From Dimorphilus gyrociliatus (lineage: Eukaryota > Animalia > Annelida), in assembly GCA_904063045.1 (NCBI GenBank), contig CAJFCJ010000005.1, forward strand, positions 95,011-139,959: 44,949 nt of DNA, given 5' to 3'. Of this stretch, positions 22,480-31,744 are shown one piece after another (position 1 is the first letter of the stretch; every line of letters begins with the position of its first letter). Both the position numbers and the translations under genes were made by a program. The notes under the pieces are model-generated. The model was not told where the DNA came from. It saw only the letters and a program-made list of their open reading frames with translations, and ran no database searches.

Positions 22480-23114
22480 TGTACAACTTTGGTTATATTT
22501 TACATGCTTGAACTCTATTATTTTATGCAACATATACATGTACATCTTAAAACCTACGCAAGAAAATGCTATAACATTGGCCAAACATAAGTCTGATTAG
22601 TCAGCTTGAAGGCTCATCTTTAATTACCAATAAAGGTTTGGCCAAGTTATAATTTAATTAACTTGCCTAGGGTGTGGCCAAGTTATAATTCAATTAACCT
22701 TCCTAAATGTTGAACCTTGTAACATCCTGTTACTAAAGATAAATATGAACTACACATTTCGGCAACTGTAAAGTGATGATTGGATGTCAGAGACAAACCT
22801 CAAAGTATATAAATCCTCATTATTCTCATTTGGCATGCAGCTTCCATCTGGACCCAAGGACCTGGGAAAATCATCTGGAAACAACCTCCACTGGAACCAT
22901 CCATCTACTCCTCAACATTAGAAGACAGTTTGGTAATTTGGCAACCTGCTTTTACAAACTATCTACTCTGCTATCGAACTCTCATATTGTTACTTGCTTA
23001 AGTATTATTATTGCGAATAAACCATTTTAATTTAAACATTTGTTTAAAGGTTCGAGTAGAACCAGTATTGTTATAACTTGCAAACGCATAGATTTTGCCA
23101 GCAAGAGCAGTACA
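22480..23114 (+). repeat. Gypsy 3' LTR
   Basis: 635 bp, TG...CA, near-identical to 13778-14412. Confidence 0.97.
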
Positions 23115-24120
23115 ATAATATTCAATGTCCAGTTATTATTCAACAAAAAAAGAAAATATTTTCATAAAGAGTAACAAAAGGAAAAGCCTTATTGTGAATA
23201 TTTGTGCTAAAAAAGAATTGAGAGCAATCTGTAACATCAAGACATCTGGAAGGGCAATTGCTGAAGATCTATTAACTAATTTAAATATAAATGAAAATAA
23301 CCTACCAAAACTGGAAAATCTGAGGAGATTAGCCTATTGATATTAATCAATAGGCCAAAATCAAGGCCTAAAGAACCAAAGAAAATTGATTTTGAAATTA
23401 ATACAACATTTATACAAGATGATTTTCTTCAAAGTGATATTGTTGTAAGAAATCAAAGAGTTTTACTATTTGCTTCCAAGAAAGGTTCTACTTGGACCAG
23501 TACTTTGGCAGATTGGTAAATGATTGGAAAGGACAATTACAGTTGTGACAAACCAGAAATTCCTACAATTGCAATACAACAAAGTACATAAGCTTCTATT
23601 TGAATTCAGTGGTTTGCCTTATTATTAAATTATTGTAGAATTTGGGATACACACAACAATATAATAGGGAAAAGAAGAAGGTAGGACTGCTGAAACAAGT
23701 TTTGGCATTACCTTTTCTTCCAGATGAGGCCATTCTAAACAGTTTTTACATGCTAAAAGATGAGGCCTTTGAGAGAAATGAATTTTTGGATTTTTTCCAA
23801 TACATTGAAAGTACTTGGATTAAGCATTCAATTTGGACACCAGATTGTTGGTCTGTATTTGATCTTGCCATCAGGACCAACAATAATGTTGAAGGATGGC
23901 ACAGAAGAATAAATGAAAATACTCCTGCAAAAGGCTCATTTTATATGCTCATAGATATTTTAAAACAGGAATCAAGTTTCATTCCAGTTGTAGAGAAACT
24001 TCTGTCAGAAAAAAGGCTAAAGAAGTATCAGAAGAAAAGTGTCATCCACATGCAGAACCAAGTATTTGCTGTTTGGGATGAATACAAATTGGGAATGATT
24101 ACATCTGCTGTCCCATTGCA
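23115..24120 (+). pseudogene. MULE transposase remnant
   Basis: RPKEPKKIDF..DFLQSDI..RVLLFAS, LALPFLP, YIESTWI, WSVFDLAIRTNNNVEGWHRRIN. The central catalytic region is missing. Confidence 0.82.
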
Positions 24121-25060
24121 GAAGACTTTAATTAAAAGAAGCACCAAGAAGGTTTATCCTATGGGCAGATTTCGGAGATTTTTAATATTCTGAAATCTTC
24201 CATACAATGCATTATTAAACCAAATTATACAAAGAGTGGAGGTGTTGGGAGACCAAAATCTCTGTCAATTAGAGATAGGACCCTCATGAAGAGAGAAATA
24301 AACACACTGAAGAAAGAGAAACAGAGGGTTACAAGCACAAAGCTGGCATCTAAGTGCAACCTTACTGTTTCAAAAATGACAATTCAAAATGCCCTTAAAG
24401 AAATGGGAGGGAAATTTAAAAAAATTCCTAAACATTCCCCTCTCAAGAAGAAGAATCAACTTCAGTGAGTGGAAATTTGTAGAGGGTGGTTTGAAAATAA
24501 GGTAAATTTGGACAATGTAATCATCTTTGATGAATGTAGATTCAGTTTGGATGGGCCAGATAACTTCCAAACCTGGCAGTCTAATCCAGAAAGAGAAAAC
24601 TTAAGATGTCAACATTCAATGGGTAGTGGAGGAGTCACAATCTGGGGGTGTATTGGACCAGATGGGTTTGTGCAAATTTCTAGAATTGAAATAAAAAGGC
24701 ACAAAGGCATGGTACCTGGCTCTTTTGAAAAAAGAGGTCATGCCATTCCTAAAAAAACTATATAGGAAGGGTTTCATTTTCCAACAGGACAATGCCCTTG
24801 CCACAAGGCCAAAATTATGCTAAAATATTTTAAGACTGGAAAGTGCACAGTCTTACCATGGCCAGCCTACTCGCCAGATCACTCTCCCATAGAGAATGTA
24901 TGGCATATGCTGAAGATTATTGCATATGATGGGCCACAGTTTAGCAAAAAGGAAACTTTGTAGAAGTGTATCCATGAAAAAGTTGAAATACTGAACAAGA
25001 GATGGAAAAAGTACTTAATCGCCTTTCCCAACTCATTGCTGAAGAGAGTATTAAAGTAAT
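24121..25060 (+). pseudogene. Degenerate Tc1 (DD34E) transposase, no TIRs seen
   Basis: KHQEGLSYGQISEIL, GRPKSLSIRD, IIFDECRFSLDGPD, GGVTIWG, FQQDNA, WPAYSPDHSPIENVW. Restoring one base gives 34 residues between D2 and E. Confidence 0.88.
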
Positions 25061-25728
25061 GTTATATTTATTATAAGCTACGAATGAGTACTATTTCTTC
25101 ATCATATGTGGAGATTGTAGAGACACCGGCAATATGGTATCGTCCCTATCTGTCTTTCTAGTGAGATAATGAACCAGTGCTGGCTGCCATCCGTTACCAC
25201 TCTAATACTAATTTAAAAAAATGAATATCAATTAGGGATTGTCCTATTTCAAAGAAAATAGATTAATTGATAAGAATTCTGATAGAGAATGAGTTAAAAC
25301 CGACGTGAATATAAATTTATTTCCCTCTACAAGTCACGAATGTTTTAATAAAGGAAATACGTTAGATTATAATTAAACATTATAAAATTGACTATATGGA
25401 AAACGACACTTTGGAGGAATATTATCATTTTGTCATTAGAATATGATGGACACGACTATTGACAAACAAAACGTTTTTACGTTGTCAATGTTCATTATTT
25501 CTCTAATAAACAAACTAAATATTATCTTTAATTAGCAATAATTGTAAAAAGAAATTTTCTACTTTCGATTTAATAAGCCTATCATCTATGGATTGTGTGC
25601 GAAAATAATTGCGCAATATTTGTAATTTCTTATAATATAAATATTCAAGATGTCGCCTTTTAAACTGGTATGCAATTGGGTATTCCAATCTAATAGCGTG
25701 TTATTGAAGTGTTTTACTAATAATAGAA

Positions 25729-27525
25729 ATGTATATTTCCAAGTTATCAGTGCTCTGTTTGGAAAATATCTGTGATAATATGGATGTATGCTACGAAATA
25801 ATGAAATTGAAAAGATGGTGTCTACCCCATCAAATAGGAAATTCAATTTTAAATCATTATTGTCTTATTTCCAATACGAGATATAAACAAGATGATTTTC
25901 GGCTATTCTCCTCCGAAATTATAGAGTTAACTCGTATAGATTCAATGCAATTTTCATCAAATTACAAATATGAATTCTTAAGAAATCATCAAATTGAAAA
26001 ATTACATTTTAACGGAAATATGAATTTAATAGATTTCCTTCAAATTATTAATGAAAAGGAATTAAAGGAGTTTTCTATTAATAAAACAAATATGGCTGAT
26101 GATGAATATGAATATTTAATAGAATTCCTTGAAAATTGCCATAATTTGGAAATATTTCATATTAAGAGAAACAATATCAGATATTATCAATTGAGTTGCC
26201 TTACGAATAGTCTGCAATTGCACTCGAAGATGAAATCTCTTCATTTCGACGTTACTGTTGAAAAAGTTCATATGGAAATTACGAGGAAATCTCTCAACAG
26301 TGATAAGATATTGGGAGTCAATTCTTTAATTATTGAACTACCAGTTTTCGACGATATATCGTATTTTTTTGACTTTTATCTAGTTTTTAAATCTTTACAA
26401 AAGTCATGTGACCATTTGGAGAATATTGACTTTTCATTCGGCGAACTAGACGAACAGGATTCAAGGAATATTGGACAATTTTTTCAATTATGCAATAATT
26501 TAAAAACGGTTAAATTATATTTATCAACAGTTCAAAAAGAGTCGAAATGTTATATTCTAGAAGGTCTTGAAAGTTCATGTCAACGTTTAGAGACAATATT
26601 AATACGTGGAAATCTGTTCAATCAAAAGAATTTATCAAATTTCTTTAAAAAATGCTCAAATTTACAAAAAGTTACCATAGTTAATCCAAAATTGTTTACG
26701 GAATACGATATTAAAGAGATATTAACCGGTTTAAAATCGTCTAATCTATCCTTAAAACAATTAACCTTAACTTACGATATTGATAAATTATCGGATCAAA
26801 TCTTTCATGATTTCTTCCTCATTTCTCCCCAATTGGAATATATTGAAATGAGAAAAACTCGGGGAGATCGTTCTACGTTCATCTATAATCTTATTAAACC
26901 GGAACTTATTAAAAATATTCATCTTGTTAATAGGCCTATTGGATATTTTCAATCAAAGGTAGCCGATTTATTAACTACTTGTACAAATGTGGAATTGGTG
27001 GATTTATCATTTAATAGGAATCCTTTCGATGAGAGTAATAATTATCTTTTTTCACTTTTCAAGAATTCTTCATCAACATTGAAAATAATCAATTTAAATT
27101 CATGTTGTTTGAACGATATTACAGCCATTCAACTTGGTTATTCGTTAAGCTATTGTAATAGAATACAAGTCTTTAACTTTGATAATAATCCAAATTTACC
27201 GAATGGATTAAACGAGATATTTATTGGTTTAAAATCATCATCTTCTTGTCTGAAAGAGTTGAAATTTTCAAGATGCGCCCTAACCGGAGAACATACTGAA
27301 AATTTAGAAAATTTACTCTTATCCTGTTGTAAAATCTATCAACTTTGCGTTAGTATGAATAAAGATATGGGCGATCATTTTAAAAATATCTGCAATGGAT
27401 TAAGATCGTCTCGTCTAACTATTGAAAAATTCTTTATTGCCGATTGTAATTTCACATTATCTCAACTTGCTTATTGTAAAAATTTCTTTAAAAACTATGC
27501 AAAACTTACTATTATTGTTGTTTGA
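25729..27525 (+). CDS. Intronless LRR protein (598 aa) with N-terminal BC-box/cullin-box-like motif and C-terminal RI-type LRRs, paralogous to 5586-7394
   Basis: Starts ISKLSVLCLENI...LPHQIGNSIL. C-terminal units such as ELVDLSFN...LKIINLNSCCL and NEIFIGLKSSSSCLKELKFSRCAL follow the same 57-aa pattern. Confidence 0.82.
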   Translation: MYISKLSVLCLENICDNMDVCYEIMKLKRWCLPHQIGNSILNHYCLISNTRYKQDDFRLFSSEIIELTRIDSMQFSSNYKYEFLRNHQIEKLHFNGNMNLIDFLQIINEKELKEFSINKTNMADDEYEYLIEFLENCHNLEIFHIKRNNIRYYQLSCLTNSLQLHSKMKSLHFDVTVEKVHMEITRKSLNSDKILGVNSLIIELPVFDDISYFFDFYLVFKSLQKSCDHLENIDFSFGELDEQDSRNIGQFFQLCNNLKTVKLYLSTVQKESKCYILEGLESSCQRLETILIRGNLFNQKNLSNFFKKCSNLQKVTIVNPKLFTEYDIKEILTGLKSSNLSLKQLTLTYDIDKLSDQIFHDFFLISPQLEYIEMRKTRGDRSTFIYNLIKPELIKNIHLVNRPIGYFQSKVADLLTTCTNVELVDLSFNRNPFDESNNYLFSLFKNSSSTLKIINLNSCCLNDITAIQLGYSLSYCNRIQVFNFDNNPNLPNGLNEIFIGLKSSSSCLKELKFSRCALTGEHTENLENLLLSCCKIYQLCVSMNKDMGDHFKNICNGLRSSRLTIEKFFIADCNFTLSQLAYCKNFFKNYAKLTIIVV

Positions 27526-27543
27526 ATGTTTTATTATCAATCT

Positions 27544-27573
27544 TTTGTTTGTTTGTTTGTTTGTTTGTTTGTT
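27544..27573. repeat. (TTTG)n microsatellite
   Basis: About seven tandem tttg units just after the LRR stop codon. Confidence 0.9.
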
Positions 27574-28005
27574 AAATTTCTTAGTTATTCATTATCGCTC
27601 AGTTGTAAAATTTATTTAAGTATACTTTTTGTTCTGTTTATATAAAATATGCTCAGGCGTTAAATTTGAATAGTTAACAATTATTTAATATACAGTATAT
27701 ACGACAACCATTTTCTTTGTTTTCTTTTTTTAGTGCGTAACCATAACAACCGATTTATAAATAAGAAGATTCTATCGGGAAAGCTTTTTTAAGACTATTT
27801 TTTAGATATTTTACATTATATTTATAGGCATTAATCATATTTATTTGCCTTCAAAATAGCTTTCAAATCTAGAGATATACAGTATTTCATACCAATTAGT
27901 CAATATATTGGCCTACGAAGGCCTATTGGTGTGTAGACTACACAAAAGCAGCCAACGCTACTCTATATTTTCGAACGTATTCCCTTCCCTGGTAACCCTG
28001 TCAAG

Positions 28006-28296
28006 ATGCTAACAAATTTCTATATTATATTTGGAATATTATTAATTTCAAGTCAACTTATCAATACAATGGTTGATGTAGAAAGTGTCATTGTCGCTCT
28101 AGACGAATTCGAAGAGGCCGATAAAGGGGATAAAAAATCTGGAAAATTAATATCAGAAGATATAAAAGACAGAGGTAAGAGAAAAAAGATTACACTATTG
28201 ATTTTTAATAATACTTCTCTTTACAGATATGCTAAAATGACGAAATGTATTATGAATATTCAAGAATTGTGTATTGAAATTACTGTTAGTGAATGA
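28006..28296 (+). CDS. Possible small secreted peptide gene
   Basis: Signal-like MLTNFYIIFGILLISSQLINT, a charged body, a donor ag|gtaag near 28174 and an acceptor ttacag near 28226. No family recognised. Confidence 0.3.
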   Translation: MLTNFYIIFGILLISSQLINTMVDVESVIVALDEFEEADKGDKKSGKLISEDIKDRGKRKKITLLIFNNTSLYRYAKMTKCIMNIQELCIEITVSE

Positions 28297-28619
28297 TGAC
28301 TATTTTTTAAAAGAGAGAGAGAGAGATAGTGATTAGTTGAGATTAAGAACTCTAAATCTACTAAATTACCAGATCAGATAACTTTCAAGTACATAGGTAG
28401 AATATTGGCAATCGCTACAAAAATACATTATATATTGTCCGTTTGACCGAAAATACTACCATCTATCTCGAATTTCAATAAACCTTCTTTACTATTTGTT
28501 ATCATTGAATATCTTAGCCAATGATTATCGCCTAGAATTTTCATCTACTATATCATTAGAATAATGAATATTTATATTTCTTGTTGCGTTCAAATCGGCT
28601 ACACAATCGTTTAGCTGCT

Positions 28620-28770
28620 TTGTAACAGTACTTTGAATACATTCAGATAATTCAAGAAAAAGTATTGCCGAATTGTTCACCAGTCGTCGAAAATTGGAAA
28701 GAATAGATTTATCTAATAATCCTTCAATGGGAGAAGGATTATCTACAATTTGTAAAGATTACAATAAATA
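28620..28770 (+). pseudogene. Fragment of a third RI-type LRR paralog
   Basis: Translates to SIAELFTSRRKLERIDLSNNPSMGEGLSTICKD, matching the repeat consensus of the other two LRR ORFs. Confidence 0.65.
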
Positions 28771-28826
28771 CAACAGCAATCACGTTAGAGGACAGTGAAA
28801 ATAGAAAAGTTAATTTTTTACATATA

Positions 28827-29609
28827 AAAGTGGACGACAGGAATATGTGGACACCATAAATTTTGATAGGCCAACTTTTATAATTAATGGTTAAAATTGT
28901 TTTTTTGATGCAAATTAGTATTTTTTCTCTAAATTTATATAGAAAAAGACTTAAATTGATATAAACATTTTGTGAACATTATTAGCAAAAATTCTTAGTA
29001 ATTTTCATAAGTTTTTTCTTTATTTGGCCGCGCGACATGTTTATTGGAACATTGAGTTGACATCCGGTTTAGCATTCAAATAGATGTCTCAAAAAAAATT
29101 TTTTTCAACTTATTTCCTGTTTTAGGTTAAGTTAATTAGTTATTGAATATTAAAAATTACTGTATATAATTTATATTGTATTTTTTTTAATTATGGAGCG
29201 GAGTAAAGATATTAGGGATCTTGTAATAAAAAAATATAGACAAATAGGGAAATTGAGGGCAACAGCAAGAATTTTAGTAATGGCACCATCATCAGTTAGT
29301 AACATCTTGAAATATAGGCAACCAGAACAAGACAATAGGGGCAGTCCAAAGAAGATTTCCGACAGAGAAATAACCAGGATGAAAAGGATTGTGAAGAAAC
29401 TGAAAGATAACAAGCAAAGAGTGATAGCAGCAAAGGTATTGAAGGAATTAGAAGGAGATTGAAGCATCAGAACAATTCAGAGGGGGCTGAAAACACAAAA
29501 CTTCAAATACAAAAGAGTCAGACAAAGAAATGATCTCACCTCCAAAGGTTGTAAACACAGAAAAGAATATTGTCTCAATATTATTAGCAAATATCTAGAC
29601 TGATCTACA
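28827..29609 (+). mobile_element. 5' half of a Tc1 element related to 293-1794, truncated just before catalytic D1
   Basis: TIR-like aagtggacgacaggaatatgtggacaccataaattttgataggcc after TA, a 5' region homologous to 1436-1794, and transposase MERSKDIRDLVIKKY...YLD*ST that breaks at about 29610. Confidence 0.85.
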
Positions 29610-31492
29610 ATAAATACATTAGGTTTTTTATCAATTCCATCATTTTTCATTGTTAGTATGTTGCATATTTCTTGTAGAGTTTTGTATATTTCACCGCCAA
29701 TTACTATTAATATTGAAATTAAATAGTAATCAGGAATTTTATTGATCTCTTCCGCTTGTATAATTTGTTTCTGCAATATCGCTTTAGGGAGAAATGATGA
29801 GCTGTCCATTTTTTTAAGTGATTTAAACTTAATATGATTAGGGCAAATCCCCTTTGAGCTATGTTTAAGACATGACGGTTCTGTACTATATAATTTAATG
29901 TTCTTTTCTTGTATCGCCTCTTTACAGGGTCCTAATAATTTTGAACATCCATCAATTAATATCAATGGTGAGAATGCTTCTACAACTGCATTAAATTTCT
30001 TTTCAAAGATTCTCTTAAACTGATTATCAAAGTTATCGTGCTCGTAATTATTGTTAAATGTTATAAATAAATGTTTGTCTTTCAGTATATCTTTCATTTT
30101 TTTCAAAGTATTTTTTACAGTTGCGTTCTCTTGTTCATCAATAAAGTAGGATGAATAATTTTCTTCATAAATCTCTTGAAGGCAGTCTTTTAAACCATTT
30201 TCCTCTTGTTTGAATGTTTTCAAATATTTCTTGCACTCTTCATTCATCCTCTCATCTTCTACTTCAGTTAGAGAAATAATATATTTTTTAGACTTTAACC
30301 TTTGAATAACCTCATCATTACTATTGCCTTCAAAATTAATTAAGACATCAATAACCTTTTCATGTTGTGTCTGAACATATTTAATGAATGCTTCTTTAGT
30401 TTCCATTTCATCCTCACCTTCTCCAAGAAAATAGAAATATTGATGATTTAGGTCCAAACCGGCACCCTTTAATGCGTCTTGACTTACACTATCTTGATTT
30501 GTGATTAAATCATGTTTACCCGCTACAAATCCACACCATATAGATTTGTTGTCATTTGTATCATCAATCATACTTGTCAATAATCTATTCGATGTTCCAT
30601 CAGTTAAAAATAATGATGTAGTTTTTGTTAGATGCGACTTTAATTGTTGAATATTATCATCAGATAGAGTTGAATTTGGTAGTTGTATTATAAAGTTTGG
30701 TTTCATGTTGAAATTAGGAAAGTTTTTAACCTTACTATCTATTTTAATAACAGAAGAATATAACTTTCTTTTAAATATTTTATTTTTATTGTTCAACCAT
30801 ATTACATCTTGTCTCTTTTCTAAACAGTTTTGTATTTTTAATAAATTATCATCATTTTCATCAAAAATCAAATGAATTACATCATTTTCCATCTCTCTCT
30901 TCAAATCATCAACAATCGATAAATAATTAACATTTCCCTCATCGTTTTCTTTTGGATTATATATAACTATTGGAACAGGACAACCTCCATTTTCCTTATA
31001 TTTTTTAATACTTTTTAATAGTAATTTCAATGCAGGATATTCAAGACTATCCGATGTTATTAATACTTTCTTTTCTTTAAGAATATCTATAAAATTCTCT
31101 ATAAATTTGTTTTCAATCTCTTCTTTTTGCTCATCAAATGTGTCATTTGAAGGATGACAGACAAATGTTTGATCAAATTTATCAATAGAAAATTTTTCTT
31201 TTAGTTTTGATAAAATTGTTGTAGTTTTTTTTCTTGAAGAAGAAGAATCTGCGGTCTTATTTCTTGATTCAATCTCTTTATATGTTTCAATACAAATTTC
31301 TCCATTAAAAATAATCATCTCCTTCTGAAAAGAGCAGTCAACTCAAGGTATTTTGTTTAATAATACAATCTGGTCAAAGAAATGAAATATTTAGTTGTTT
31401 AAATTTTAATAGATTATATGAAAAATAGGGTATTAAACTTTTCAAATAAATATTTTATTTACCTGCAAAGATGATTCTGGAGGAGGAGTTGC

Positions 31493-31537
31493 TGTTTGAG
31501 AACCTGATCGCGATCGGTAGGTGTTGTTGTGGTGGTC

Positions 31538-31572
<35 letters not shown>

Positions 31573-31744
31573 AGTATCAAGTCTCATGTGTCATGCTTCG
31601 AGACGTAATCTCGTAGTTACGTAATCACGTGTATCCACACGTGATAATTATTAGCTTTGGTCATTAGAATACAGCAACCGTTTGATACAGTTACCGACAG
31701 TAAATATACATAGTTCGTAATTGTAGAAGAACCGATCTTGAACA
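31493..31744 (+). repeat. BEL 5' LTR with internal (AT)n tract
   Basis: Direct repeat of 36285-36536; both copies carry a 27-nt AT tract. Confidence 0.95.

Larger units (their letters stand above)
13778..23114 (+). mobile_element. Ty3/Gypsy (Metaviridae) LTR retroelement with an extra protease and env-like gene, 9337 bp
   Basis: Two 635-bp TG...CA LTRs, PBS, PPT, and domain order gag-PR-RT-RNaseH-IN followed by PR2, spacer and a glycoprotein. No target-site duplication (ttccat / ataata). Confidence 0.95.

Noticed and set aside
25080-25210. Relatively GC-rich island as a possible snRNA or snoRNA
   Set aside because: I could not match it to U1, U3 or box C/D-H/ACA patterns by eye; an Infernal/Rfam search would be needed.
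27905-27950. Two small hairpins (ggcct-acga-aggcc, gtgtag-a-ctacac) as a Helitron end or terminator
   Set aside because: No correctly spaced CTRR terminus and no Rep/helicase sequence nearby.
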